From the NCBI GenBank assembly GCA_964291675.2, contig OZ219866.1, positions 1,664,001-1,728,000 of the forward strand: a DNA stretch of 64,000 nucleotides. The letters run 5' to 3'. The position numbers were made by a program, and so were the translations under genes. Under the pieces are notes generated by a model. It saw nothing but the letters and a program-made list of their open reading frames with translations. It was not told where the DNA came from and searched no databases. Origin of the DNA: Alphaproteobacteria bacterium. GTDB taxonomy: Bacteria; Pseudomonadota; Alphaproteobacteria; MPNO01. Positions 11,965 through 21,883 of the stretch are shown here, one piece after another (position 1 is the first letter of the stretch; each line of letters opens with the position of its first letter).

Positions 11965-13944
11965 TCAGGACGCCTTGCGCTTCGGCCGTTTGCGCTTGTT
12001 GTTGCCGGGACGGCGCTTGGGCGGGCTCTGCGGCGCCTCCTCTGTGGAGGCCTTCTTGCGCCGCTTCGCCTTGGCCGGTCCCGCAGCCGGTTTCGCGCCG
12101 GAGGACGCGCCGGAATCGGGCTTGGTCTTGCTACCCGGCAGCGCGACGGTCTGGCCCGACATGGTCACCCCCATCTGGCGCATGATGATCCATTGCTGGG
12201 CGATCGAAAGCAGGTTGTTCCAGGCCCAGTAGATCACCAGCCCGGCGGGGAACTGGCCCAGCATGAAGGTGAACACGATGGGCAGCATCAGGAAGATCTT
12301 GGCCTGGGTGGGATCGGCCGGCTGCGGGTTCAGCTTCTGCTGCAGGTACATGGTGCCGCCCATGATGAGCGGCCAGATGCCGATATTGGCGAGTTGCAGT
12401 ATTTCGGGGATCGACCACTCGACCAGCCCGAACACGGTGAGGATGCCGAGCGGGTCGGGGGCGGACAGGTCCTGAATCCAGCCGAAGAACGGCGCGTGGC
12501 GCATCTCGATGGAGACGAACAGCACCTTGTAGAGCGCGAAGAAGACCGGGATCTGGATCAGGATGGGGAAGCAGCCGCTGACCGGGTTGGCGTTCTCCTT
12601 CTTGTAGAGCGCCATCATCTCCTGGTTCTGGCGCTGGCGGTCCTCCTTGAAGCGGTCGCGGATCTTCATCATCTCGGGCTGGAGCTTCTTGAGCCGGCTC
12701 ATCGCCCGGTAGGATTTGTTGGCCAGCGGGAAGAACGCGATCTTGATCAGCACGGTGAGCAGCAGGATCGCGACGCCGAAATTGCCGAGCAGGCGGTTGA
12801 AGTACTCCAGCACGTAGAAGATCGGCTTGGTCAGGAAGTAGAACCAGCCGAAATCGACCGCGAGATCGAAATTGACGATGCCGAGATCGGCCTCGTAGGC
12901 GTCCAGCAGGCGGACTTCCTTGGCGCCGGCGAACAGGCGCTTGGTCACCTCGACCGTCGCGCCGGGCTGGACGACCAGCTGCGGCCCGAGCACGTCGACC
13001 TGGTACTTGTCTTCGCGGTCCTGCTGGGTGTGGACGAACCGGCTGGCGATGGCGGTCTTCTGGTCGGGAACCAGCGCGGCGAGCCAGAACTTGTCGGTGA
13101 TGCCGATCCAGCCGCCCTCGCTGGTCTGCGAGATCATGCCGTTGTCGGCATCGGATACGTCGTCGTAGTCGACCTCTTTCAGCGCGTCTCCGAACACGCC
13201 GAGCAGCCCCTCGTGCAGGATCCAGAAGCCCAGCGTATCCGGCTCGCCGGTGCGCGAGATCAGCCCGTAGGGCCTGAGCCCGACGGAACGCTCGCCGCGG
13301 TTGGTGACGCGCTGGGTGACCTTGAACATGTAGTCCCGGTCGAGCGTGATCTCCTGGGTGAAGGCCAGCCCGGCGCCGTTGTTCCACGAGAGCGCGAGCG
13401 GGCGCTCCGGTTCGAGCGTGCCGCTCGGGCTGGTCCACACCGTCTCCGGCGTCGGTGTGACGACGTCGGTATCCGTCGCCACCCAGCCGAACTGCGCGAA
13501 ATAGGGCGCCCCCGATCCCGGCGGCGCGAACAGCGTGATCTGCGCACTGTCGTCTTCGATGGTCTCCCGGTAATCGGTGAGCAGCAGGTCGTCGATGCGG
13601 GCGCCCTTGAGCGAGAGCGAGCCCTTGAGCCGGCTGGAGTCGATCCGCACCCTGGGCTCGGTCGCGGCCGGCGGCGCCGAGGGGGCGACCCCGGGCGCCG
13701 GTGGAAGCCCCACCGTCCCGCCCGGCACCCCGGGGAGCACCGCGCCGCTGCCCGCGCCGCCGGCGGGCGGGGTCGCGGGCCTGGCCGTCTCGACGGTCTC
13801 GCCCGCCGCCCGGCGCTCCGCCTCGGCGGCCTGCTGCGCCGCCCGCTCGCGCTCGATGCGCGGCTGCTCGAACAGGAACTGGTAGCCGAGCAGGACCGCC
13901 ACCGAGAAGACGATCGCGAGCAGCAGGTTGCGCTGTTCCATCAT
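11965..13944 (-). CDS. yidC: Membrane protein insertase YidC
   Basis: N-terminal TM segment, periplasmic domain, VDFGWF, NPVSGCFPILIQIPVF, GLVIYWAWNN. Confidence 0.97.
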   Translation of the reverse strand: MMEQRNLLLAIVFSVAVLLGYQFLFEQPRIERERAAQQAAEAERRAAGETVETARPATPPAGGAGSGAVLPGVPGGTVGLPPAPGVAPSAPPAATEPRVRIDSSRLKGSLSLKGARIDDLLLTDYRETIEDDSAQITLFAPPGSGAPYFAQFGWVATDTDVVTPTPETVWTSPSGTLEPERPLALSWNNGAGLAFTQEITLDRDYMFKVTQRVTNRGERSVGLRPYGLISRTGEPDTLGFWILHEGLLGVFGDALKEVDYDDVSDADNGMISQTSEGGWIGITDKFWLAALVPDQKTAIASRFVHTQQDREDKYQVDVLGPQLVVQPGATVEVTKRLFAGAKEVRLLDAYEADLGIVNFDLAVDFGWFYFLTKPIFYVLEYFNRLLGNFGVAILLLTVLIKIAFFPLANKSYRAMSRLKKLQPEMMKIRDRFKEDRQRQNQEMMALYKKENANPVSGCFPILIQIPVFFALYKVLFVSIEMRHAPFFGWIQDLSAPDPLGILTVFGLVEWSIPEILQLANIGIWPLIMGGTMYLQQKLNPQPADPTQAKIFLMLPIVFTFMLGQFPAGLVIYWAWNNLLSIAQQWIIMRQMGVTMSGQTVALPGSKTKPDSGASSGAKPAAGPAKAKRRKKASTEEAPQSPPKRRPGNNKRKRPKRKAS

Positions 13945-13955
13945 GCGACGGCCGC

Positions 13956-14213
13956 CTAGCGCGCGCGTTTCCAGGGCAGGCCGACGCGCTCCGGCACCGG
14001 GTCCGGACCGCAGCCGCCCCAGGGGTGGCATCTGAGGATGCGCGCCAGGGCGAGCCAGACACCGAGCACCGGACCGTGCCGGTCGATCGCCTGGATCGCA
14101 TAGCCCGAGCAGGTCGGGTGGTACCGGCAGGTCTGCGGCAGCACCGGAGAAACCAGCCGGCGATAGGCCCAGATGGGCGCCTTCAGGAGGCCGGAGATCG
14201 CCTTGTCAATCAC
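13956..14213 (-). CDS. yidD: Membrane protein insertion efficiency factor
   Basis: [21 protein letters not shown]. Confidence 0.95.
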   Translation of the reverse strand: MIDKAISGLLKAPIWAYRRLVSPVLPQTCRYHPTCSGYAIQAIDRHGPVLGVWLALARILRCHPWGGCGPDPVPERVGLPWKRAR

Positions 14214-14599
14214 CGCTCGTCCCGCTCTCGCCGCCGGCCTGCCCGCCCGTCCGCCAGCACCGCATCGGTACGCGCAACCGCCTCTTCCAGGTCTTCCACC
14301 AACGCTCCGAACGGGCGGGCGAGGGTCCCCCGCCTGCCGATCAGCACATAGTCGCGGCCGCGCCGCCCGCGCTCGCCCAATACGCGCTCGGCGACCGCCC
14401 GGAGCCGTCGACGCGCCCGGTTGCGGGCCACCGCGTTGCCCACCTTGCGGCTTACCGTGAAACCGACCCGGATGCCGCCTTCCGTCGCCTCCGCTTCGCC
14501 GTTGGGCCGAACCTGAAGGACGAGCCCCGGAGTCGCCGATTTGACGCCGGCCGCCGCCGCGCGCAGGAAGTCGCGCCGTTTCTTGAGCGTCGGCAGCAC
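14210..14599 (-). CDS. rnpA: Ribonuclease P protein component
   Basis: [31 protein letters not shown]. Confidence 0.96.
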   Translation of the reverse strand: MLPTLKKRRDFLRAAAAGVKSATPGLVLQVRPNGEAEATEGGIRVGFTVSRKVGNAVARNRARRRLRAVAERVLGERGRRGRDYVLIGRRGTLARPFGALVEDLEEAVARTDAVLADGRAGRRRERDER

Positions 14600-14609
14600 G
14601 GCAGCGCGC

Positions 14610-14744
14610 TCAGGCCGAGAGACGCTTGCGACCCTTCGCCCGGCGGTTCGACAATATCCTGCGACCGCTCACGGTTGCGCGGCGGGCACGAAATCCGTGG
14701 CGCCGCTTGCGCACCAGGACGCTCGGCTGAAAAGTGCGTTTCAA
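14610..14744 (-). CDS. rpmH: 50S ribosomal protein L34 (absent from the ORF track)
   Basis: Manual translation from TTG: [44 protein letters not shown]; upstream of rnpA. Confidence 0.97.
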   Translation of the reverse strand: MKRTFQPSVLVRKRRHGFRARRATVSGRRILSNRRAKGRKRLSA

Positions 14745-14827
14745 GGCGAGAAACTCCAGGCTCGGACGCGGTCCGGAACGAGCCCCGCTGTATAGGGTCT
14801 CGCGCCGGGCGAGTCAATGCGCGCCGG

Positions 14828-14913
14828 GCGAGCCGCCGTAAAATGATCCCGCTTGGCGGCTATGCGCCGCGCGAGCCGCCGTAAAATGGTCCCGCTTGGC
14901 GGGTATGCGCCGC
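14828..14913. repeat. 43-bp tandem duplication (2 copies, 2 mismatches)
   Basis: GCGAGCCGCCGTAAAATG(A/G)TCCCGCTTGGCGG(C/G)TATGCGCCGC at 14828-14870 and 14871-14913. Confidence 0.9.
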
Positions 14914-15166
14914 AGAACGCCTGACACGCGTGCCGCCGCGCCGATTTAGGCGGTCCGAGGACATGGCCTGGCCGGGGGACGCTCGATACGGCATACCTTG
15001 TTGAATTCGTATAGTTCTTTGAGATCGTGAACGGTTCGGCTGCGCCGTCACGCCGCCTGTGCCGCAATTCGGCCGGGAAGGCTCGAAAACACCCGGTTTC
15101 TGTCCTGCGTCACAAGCGGTTGCAAGGTAGGCCATTCCCGGGGCCTCGCCGCCCCGGCCTCATTGA

Positions 15167-15325
15167 ATCGACCGGCTCTCGACCTGCCGGCAGATCGGCA
15201 TGGAGCCCGGACCAATCGCCTGGCGCGACATCGTGGAATACGCCGACCGGGCGGGGCTCGGCCGGGAGAACACCGAGGCGCTGGTCGCGGTGATCACGGC
15301 GATGGACGCGGCCCGGCGCGACTAG
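15167..15325 (+). pseudogene. Fragment resembling a phage tail assembly chaperone
   Basis: Frame reads IDRLSTCRQIGMEPGPIAWRDIVEYADRAGLGRENTEALVAVITAMDAARRD*, recalling the LSTCRxxGMxxGPIxW motif of siphophage tail chaperones; in-frame stop just upstream, no start for the conserved part. Confidence 0.5.
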
Positions 15326-15447
15326 CAGGCGGCGCGGCGTGACGCGGATCGCCGACGGTTTCAACACCCGGTAAATTTTCCGTCGCAAATTCTCTCAAGG
15401 AGAGAAAAATCGATACTTACTACAACCAGGGAGATAGAATTCGGGCA

Positions 15448-15975
15448 ATGGGCGGGAGAGGCGGCATGGAAGGCAGCGGCGCCAGGCTCCGCTGGCGGCT
15501 CACAACGCAGTTCGGCGTGTTCGTGGCGTTCATCCTGCTGATGGTGCTGTCCGGGCTCGCGGCGCTCATCCTGCTGATCGCGCTTGCCGACCGCGTGGTC
15601 GCCCCGGCCCCCGAGCGGCCGGCGGGCACGGAACGCGGCGGGGAGACGGCCCCGTTACGCTACGACCGGTCGGCCAGGGAGGAAATGGACGCCTTGTTTC
15701 GCGAAACCCCGGAAGGCCACGTCCCGTCGGTCAGGGACGAATGGGCCACCGCGCTGCACGGAATCCCCGGGGTGGGCCATGCCGAGTGGCGCGACGACAC
15801 GCTCAACGTGTTCGTCGACTTCCGCGGCGGCGGGGAGGAGTTCGAGCTGCTGGCGCTCCGGCTGTGCCACGGGCTGGTGCAGGTCGGGGTGCGCGGGGTC
15901 TATGTCGCGCTGCTCGATCACGAGTTCGCCAAGCTCGGCGTGACGAAGACGCGGCAGCACATGTTTTGCCCTTGA
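15448..15975 (+). CDS. Hypothetical membrane-anchored protein (possible phage moron)
   Basis: 175 aa, one N-terminal TM helix, AT-rich upstream region; lies between two phage-tail-like fragments. Confidence 0.6.
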   Translation: MGGRGGMEGSGARLRWRLTTQFGVFVAFILLMVLSGLAALILLIALADRVVAPAPERPAGTERGGETAPLRYDRSAREEMDALFRETPEGHVPSVRDEWATALHGIPGVGHAEWRDDTLNVFVDFRGGGEEFELLALRLCHGLVQVGVRGVYVALLDHEFAKLGVTKTRQHMFCP

Positions 15976-16070
15976 CCGGGACGTTGCTCGGCGGCGGCGC
16001 GATCGTCCGCACGCTCGCCGAGTTCGGCCAGGCGATGTCGACGGTCCGCGCAATCGCCGGGGTGACGGGG
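15975..16070 (+). pseudogene. Fragment resembling the N-terminal part of a phage tail tape measure protein
   Basis: TGTLLGGGAIVRTLAEFGQAMSTVRAIAGVTG resembles the TP901-type tape measure motif F..aMs.V.A..GaT; truncated at both ends. Confidence 0.5.
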
Positions 16071-16137
16071 CGTCGCCGCCCCGGTCTCGTTGAAGCACGG
16101 TCTACGTCATGACGGACGACGTCCCGCCGGTCCGCGG

Positions 16138-17778
16138 TCAGGACGACGGCGTGTCCTCCACCCCCGGCGGGTAGAGCGATGCAACCCGCGCGCCGCCGAA
16201 GGTCTGCCAGCCGACCAGCTCGTGCGGGTCCTCGAGGTGGAGCTCGAAGACGACCTCGCGCGATGCGTCGCGCTTCATCTCGCGGATCCGCGTCCAGTAG
16301 GGCATGTCGTTGGGGTGCCATTCCTCGCGTTTCCATTCGTTCCAGGTCAGGTCGCTGACGTGGCAGCTCGCTGTCAGCTGTTCGCGCATCGGCAGGCAGA
16401 TCGAATCGACGATCAGCATGTTGTCGTTCGCCAGGCGGTGGGCATCGCCCATCGCCCACGAGATCACGCGCTCCGGATCGTCGTCGTCCGAGGACGTCCA
16501 CACCTCGCGCACGCTGCGTGCGGCCTCGTCGACCGCGTACTCGACCGCCCGGGCGAAGCATTCATGCGGGGCCGCCTGCGGTTCGTAGGGCTGGGCGCGG
16601 CAGATGCCGTTGTCGTACATCAGGATGGTGCCGTCCGCGGTCACCCGGGGGTTGTGCCCGTGATAGTGCCAGCGGAGCTCGTGTGCGGGCTCCAGCAGCT
16701 TCTCCTTCTGCGGGCTCTTCCAGTTCCCGTGGTCGCCGAGGATCCACCTGATCTCGCCCGACGCCTTGTCGATCTTGATGAGCGCATCCTGGTGGCGCAG
16801 CGAGACGATGACGCTGTCGTCGACGGGGTCGTAGGTGATGCCGTTGCCGTGGGTCCAGTCGAGATGGTGCGGAAAGCCGCGGTTGTGCCAGTAGACCTCG
16901 AGCAGGTGGTAGGACCAGCGATAGACGTCGAGATGGTCGAACGTGTCCCAGCTCCAGACGATGTCGCCCGCCGGCGTGAACTCGACGAAACGGTCGCCGA
17001 CCACGGGCTGGGTCCTGCGCGGCGCGTCCGGGTCGGTCTCGCTGGTGAAGTAGTTCTCGATCGTCCGCGCGTTCGCGGTCATCGCCAGGAAATTGCCGTT
17101 CGGCATCTGGTGCGGCTGGTGGTGCAGGCTCGCCGCCTCGATCGGGATCGCGCCCGCGACCGGCCCGCCGGGCCGGCCCGAGGCGTAGAACATGCGGATC
17201 ACCCTGCCGGTCATGTCCATCTCGACCGACCGGAAGTCGACGTGATGGAAGAACAGGTTGCCGTTCGACATCTGGGTGACGCCCGCGATGCGGGCATCCG
17301 ACACGTAGTACCAGACCACCTCGCCCTCCTCGTCGACAGCCATCAGCATTCCCCACCTCGTGGTGAAGCGGACTTGCGCCGGCGTCATGAAGGTCTGGCG
17401 GACGTTCACCGTGCGGCGCACGCTCAACAGCGTGAAGCCGGGCTGCATGTCCGACGTTCTCGCGATCCGGGTGGCGATGGTGGGCCACTCCGCGCTGTCG
17501 GCCGGAAGCGGCGGCGTGCGGTAGGTCAGCGTGACCGGCGGGATGTCGCCGGCGGCGACGGTGATGCGGTGGTCGGTGTCGGCCCGCATGCCGACGATCG
17601 GCAGCCCGTCCGCCGGATCGTGCGAGGCGTCGTACGCCACCGAGCGCGTCCGCCTGCCGTCGTCGACGGCGATCCTGGTCGCGACCGGCTCGGAGGTCCG
17701 GAAGCGGACCAGGGCCACGAGCGGAACGTTCCCGTTGGGGTTCCGCTCGACCGTCGGAGCGGTCACGAAGTCGGTCAT
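16138..17778 (-). CDS. Aryl-sulfate sulfotransferase (ASST family)
   Basis: N-terminal NPNGNVPLVA Ig-like domain, LHHQ, DWTHGNGI, SLRHQD, YDNG motifs; no visible signal peptide. Confidence 0.8.
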   Translation of the reverse strand: MTDFVTAPTVERNPNGNVPLVALVRFRTSEPVATRIAVDDGRRTRSVAYDASHDPADGLPIVGMRADTDHRITVAAGDIPPVTLTYRTPPLPADSAEWPTIATRIARTSDMQPGFTLLSVRRTVNVRQTFMTPAQVRFTTRWGMLMAVDEEGEVVWYYVSDARIAGVTQMSNGNLFFHHVDFRSVEMDMTGRVIRMFYASGRPGGPVAGAIPIEAASLHHQPHQMPNGNFLAMTANARTIENYFTSETDPDAPRRTQPVVGDRFVEFTPAGDIVWSWDTFDHLDVYRWSYHLLEVYWHNRGFPHHLDWTHGNGITYDPVDDSVIVSLRHQDALIKIDKASGEIRWILGDHGNWKSPQKEKLLEPAHELRWHYHGHNPRVTADGTILMYDNGICRAQPYEPQAAPHECFARAVEYAVDEAARSVREVWTSSDDDDPERVISWAMGDAHRLANDNMLIVDSICLPMREQLTASCHVSDLTWNEWKREEWHPNDMPYWTRIREMKRDASREVVFELHLEDPHELVGWQTFGGARVASLYPPGVEDTPSS

Positions 17779-17811
17779 GCCTGATCTTCTCCAGCCGGGC
17801 CGTCGCCGGCG

Positions 17812-19836
17812 CTACAGGAACAGCCACTCCGGCAGCCAACCGGGAAGATCGGCGGCGACCAGCGCGTGGGCGAGCGAGTCGTGAAACGTCAGCCTGATGA
17901 TGCGGTCGTAGAAGCCGACCAGCAGAGCCCATATGGCGAGCGCGTAGACGGTGCAGACCGCAAGGCGCATGCGGCCCCAGACCAGCAGATAGGCGAAGAC
18001 GAAGAGCGGCAGCGCGATCTTCATCCCCACGAGCAGGGTCGCGAGGATCGTCGCCGCGAGCCATGCGAGGAACAGCGCGGACCTCGCCAGCACCGCCTCG
18101 CGCGCGCCCGCGGCGATCATGGCGCGCCCGGGGGCATCCGAACCTGCGGTCAGCGACCGCGTGTCCCGCAGCAGGGCCACCGCGGCGAGCACCGCGCCGG
18201 GCGCCGCCATGACCAGGGGAAACTGACCGACCTCCGCCTCCCACCCCGTTGCGGTCCACGCCGCCGCCGCGAACGCCGAGAAGAACAGGAGCGCGACCGG
18301 GAGCGACATCGCCGGATTTCTCGCCCGCCCCTCGCCGGCCCGCGGCGCGTCGACCTGCGCGTTGGACCGGATTGTGCTGCGCGCAGACAGGACCATGGTG
18401 AGGATGCCCAGCGCGAGCACGATGAGCACGATGGGGTTGGCAAGCCATCCGATGCCGTCATAGGTCTTCATGCTGAGCAGGAACCGGTTTTCGACGATGG
18501 TTCCCAGGATCAGCCCGAGGATCAGCGGCGGCCGCGCCCAGCCGCCCGCCTTCATCAGGTAGCCGACGACGCCGAACAGGAAGCAGGTCAGCCAGGCCTC
18601 GATGGTCGAGAGACCGCCGAGCCAGGACCCCATGAACACGAACACGATGACGCCGGGCACCAGGAAATGCCCCGGCACGAAAGCGAGCCTCGCGACTTGC
18701 CGGCTCCACATCATCAGCAGCCCGGCCGCGACCACGTTGGCGATCACCAGCATCCACACCATCGAGAAGGTGACGTGGAGCTCGGTGGTCAGCATGTCCG
18801 GGCCGGGGCGGATGTCCTGCAGGATGAGGGCGCTCAAGAGGATCGCGGTGCCGAGGCTGCCCGGGATGGCGAACGCCACGGCCGGGATCAGCGCGCCGCC
18901 CTTGGTCGCGTTGTTGGCCGCCTCGGGCGCGATCACGCCGCGGATATCCCCCTCGCCGAAGCGGCTCTTGTCGCGCGCCGACTGGACGGCATGGCCGTAG
19001 GCCACCCAGTCGACGATGGCCGCGCCGAGACCGGGCAGCATCCCGACATAGGTTCCGATCGCCGCGCAACGCGTCGCCAGCCAGCCGTGCCGGATCGCGT
19101 CGTTCACGCCGTCCCGGATGCTGCTGCCTGCGTCCTGGCGGGCGGTCTCCCGCGCAATCGAGATATTGCGGGTGGCGAGCTCCATCAGCTCGGGGATGGC
19201 GAAAATCCCCAGCACCACGGGGATCAGGGGCAGATCGTCGACGAGATACTCCAGCCCCATCGAGTAGCGCTCTTCGGCCACCGTCTGGGCGGCGCCCACC
19301 GTCGACAGCAGCAACCCCATCGCGGCGGCGGCGAGCCCCTTGACCATCGAACCGCCGCTCAGCGCGCCCACCATGGCGAGTCCGAGCAGCGCGAGCGCGA
19401 AGATCTCCGGCGAGCCGAAGGCGAGGATCAGGGGCTGGACGATAGGCAGCGAGATCGCCAGCGCGACCGCGCCGAACACCCCGCCATAGGCGGATACCGC
19501 GAAGGCGGCGCCGAAGGCGCGCGGCGCTTCGCCCCGCTTGGCGAGCGGGTAACCGTCGAGAATCGTCGCCTGCGACGCCGCGGTGCCCGGAATCCCGAGC
19601 ATGACCGAGGCGATGGTGTCGCTGGTGGTGGTGACGGCGAACAGCCCGAGCAGCAGCGCGATCGCGCTCAGCGGCTCCATGTCGAAGGTGAACGGCAGCA
19701 GCAGGAGCATGCCGATGATGCCGCCGAGCCCCGGTACCGCGCCGAGCCAGATTCCGATGAATATCCCGAGCCCGAGGAACAGCAGGACCTTCAACTCGAA
19801 GATCGAGTCCAGTCCGGTGAGCAGGGCCTCTAGCAT
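17812..19836 (-). CDS. tctA: Tripartite tricarboxylate transporter permease, TctA with fused TctB-like C-terminus
   Basis: GAVPGLG, GIPGTAASQATILDGYPLAKRG, APEAANNA; about 170 extra hydrophobic C-terminal residues. Confidence 0.88.
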   Translation of the reverse strand: MLEALLTGLDSIFELKVLLFLGLGIFIGIWLGAVPGLGGIIGMLLLLPFTFDMEPLSAIALLLGLFAVTTTSDTIASVMLGIPGTAASQATILDGYPLAKRGEAPRAFGAAFAVSAYGGVFGAVALAISLPIVQPLILAFGSPEIFALALLGLAMVGALSGGSMVKGLAAAAMGLLLSTVGAAQTVAEERYSMGLEYLVDDLPLIPVVLGIFAIPELMELATRNISIARETARQDAGSSIRDGVNDAIRHGWLATRCAAIGTYVGMLPGLGAAIVDWVAYGHAVQSARDKSRFGEGDIRGVIAPEAANNATKGGALIPAVAFAIPGSLGTAILLSALILQDIRPGPDMLTTELHVTFSMVWMLVIANVVAAGLLMMWSRQVARLAFVPGHFLVPGVIVFVFMGSWLGGLSTIEAWLTCFLFGVVGYLMKAGGWARPPLILGLILGTIVENRFLLSMKTYDGIGWLANPIVLIVLALGILTMVLSARSTIRSNAQVDAPRAGEGRARNPAMSLPVALLFFSAFAAAAWTATGWEAEVGQFPLVMAAPGAVLAAVALLRDTRSLTAGSDAPGRAMIAAGAREAVLARSALFLAWLAATILATLLVGMKIALPLFVFAYLLVWGRMRLAVCTVYALAIWALLVGFYDRIIRLTFHDSLAHALVAADLPGWLPEWLFL

Positions 19837-19917
19837 GCGCTGGTCCCGGCCGTCCGCCCTGTTACCCGGCTTCGGGCGCCGCCGGGCGGGTTCGGGTTCC
19901 GCCCGGCGGCGGCCGGG

Positions 19918-20988
19918 TCAGCGGATGATCGACTTGAGGTAGGCCTTCGCCTCCGCGCCGATATTGGTGTAGCCGCTCAGCAGCGCGCCGGCCTGTTCGC
20001 CGGCGAGCCAGAACGGTTCGGACTTCGTCGCCTTGGAGAAATTCGCCACCGTGCGCTTGTCGGCCCAGTTCGCGGCATAGGCCTTGCGCATCGCGGCAAC
20101 GACCGCGTCGGGGGTGCCGGGCGGCAGCATCAGCCACATGGCCCAGACCTGGTGCGCGGCGAACCACTTGTAGGCCTCGAACATCGGCCCCGACGGCGCC
20201 ATGCCCTTCGCTTTCTTGTAGAACGCGACGAAGTTCGGCACGTCGCCGAAGGTCTTGTCGTGATCCTCCGGCGTGTCGGAGCCGACCGGGAACGCCGAGT
20301 GGTAGAACAGGTCGATCGCGCTGCCCTTCTTCACGAGGTCGTGCTTGTAAAACACCCAGTAGCCGATATCGCCGGTCGAGATCGCCTGGATCTCGTTCTG
20401 CATCAGCCCCGCCTTCAGCTTCGGCTGGTTCTTGTAGCCGATGGCGAACCGGTAGGGGATGCCCAGCATGTCGAAGGAGAAGCGCGAGAACAGGCCGAGC
20501 GCGCCGCCCGGAATACGTGCGCCGACATTGAAGTCCTTGGCCTTGAGGATATCCGCGCGGCTCTTGAGCCCGCCGGCGAGGTCCGACCGCACCACGGTCA
20601 CGAAGTTGACGCCGATGACGCCGACCGGGTTGAACTCCGCCGGGACGTATTTGACGCCCTTGAGGCCGAACAGCAGGCCGGGGAAGTTCATCGGCCCCCA
20701 CAGCATCTGGGTGCCGTCCTTCCTGGCCCGGTTGAAGACGAAGTTGATGCCCTTCTGGCCGCCGCCGCCGACGATGTTGCGCACCTTGATGCTGGGCTTG
20801 CCGGGGATGTGGTCGGAGAAAGTCTTGGCGAAACGCTGCGCCTGGCGGCTCAGCCCGCCGCCGGCGCCGGCCGGCACGATGAACTCGATCGTCTTGCCGG
20901 AAAAATCCTGCGCACCGGCGGGCAGGCCTCCCATCAACAACCCGAGTCCCGCGAGACCGGCCACCGCGCAATTCGTACTTCTTGTCAT
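19918..20988 (-). CDS. tctC: Tripartite tricarboxylate transporter substrate-binding protein (TctC/Bug family)
   Basis: Signal peptide, FSGKTIEFIVPAGAGGG, VRNIVGGGG; adjacent to tctA. Confidence 0.8.
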   Translation of the reverse strand: MTRSTNCAVAGLAGLGLLMGGLPAGAQDFSGKTIEFIVPAGAGGGLSRQAQRFAKTFSDHIPGKPSIKVRNIVGGGGQKGINFVFNRARKDGTQMLWGPMNFPGLLFGLKGVKYVPAEFNPVGVIGVNFVTVVRSDLAGGLKSRADILKAKDFNVGARIPGGALGLFSRFSFDMLGIPYRFAIGYKNQPKLKAGLMQNEIQAISTGDIGYWVFYKHDLVKKGSAIDLFYHSAFPVGSDTPEDHDKTFGDVPNFVAFYKKAKGMAPSGPMFEAYKWFAAHQVWAMWLMLPPGTPDAVVAAMRKAYAANWADKRTVANFSKATKSEPFWLAGEQAGALLSGYTNIGAEAKAYLKSIIR

Positions 20989-21148
20989 CGTCGCGCTCCC
21001 TGTTCCTGTCCGGCGAACCCTAGTTCGGCCGCATGGCGCGAATCAAGCCGGTCCGACGGCGCGGCAAAGGAATCGCGCGCCCGGGCATCGACAGATGCCC
21101 GTCCGGTCCCTAAGTGTTGGGTGCCAGACCATCGCGAGGTCCGAAAGC

Positions 21149-21883
21149 ATGTCCGACAGCGAAACTTCCGCAGGCGGGTTGAACGTCAAGCGCCTGCTGC
21201 CCATCGCCGTTCTGGTCGCCGGGCTGGTCGCCTTCTTCGCTTTCGATCTCGACAAATTCGTCACCCTCGATGCGCTCAAGACCCATCGGACGGTGCTGCA
21301 GGGATGGGTCGAATCGCAAGGCGCGGTGGCGTGGCTGGTCTACGCCGCAATCTACCTCGCGGCGGTGGCGTTCTCGGTGCCGGGCGGTTCCATTCTCACC
21401 ATCGCGGGCGGCTTCATGTTCGGCCCCTATGTCGCCACCGCGGTGGTGGTCGTCGGTGCGACCTTGGGCGCGACCGTGCTGTTCCTCGCCGCGCGCTACG
21501 CCTTTGCCGATTATCTGCGCGGGAAAGCCGGCGGGGCGATGCGCAGGATGGAGGCCGGGTTCAACGAGAACCCGGTGAGCTACATGCTCATCCTCCGCCT
21601 GGTACCGTTGTTCCCGTTCTGGCTGGTCAACCTGGTGCCGGCCTTTCTCGGCGTAAAAATTCGCGTCTACTTCCTGAGCACGCTGTTCGGCATCATTCCC
21701 GGCACGTTCGTCTATGCGCTGGTCGGCGACGGCGCGGGCGCGGTGCTCGATGCCGGGGGCGACCTCGATCTCGGGATCATTTTCGAACCGCGCATTCTCG
21801 CCCCGATCGTGGGGCTCGCGCTGCTCGCCTGCATCCCGATCGTCTACAAGCGCTTCCGGGCGCGGCGCGGCGCGCAACCGTGA
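21149..21883 (+). CDS. TVP38/TMEM64 (DedA superfamily) membrane protein
   Basis: SVPGGSILTIAGGFMFG, LRLVPLFPFWLVN, GIIPGTFVY. Confidence 0.9.
   Translation: MSDSETSAGGLNVKRLLPIAVLVAGLVAFFAFDLDKFVTLDALKTHRTVLQGWVESQGAVAWLVYAAIYLAAVAFSVPGGSILTIAGGFMFGPYVATAVVVVGATLGATVLFLAARYAFADYLRGKAGGAMRRMEAGFNENPVSYMLILRLVPLFPFWLVNLVPAFLGVKIRVYFLSTLFGIIPGTFVYALVGDGAGAVLDAGGDLDLGIIFEPRILAPIVGLALLACIPIVYKRFRARRGAQP

Noticed and set aside
14828-14913. Possible CRISPR array
   Set aside because: Only two adjacent units, no spacer and no cas genes.
20152-21879. N-terminal extension making a 1049-aa ORF, and the many other long overlapping or antisense ORFs in the track
   Set aside because: Shadow frames caused by high GC; they overlap well-supported genes and have Arg/Pro/Gly-rich low-information composition.
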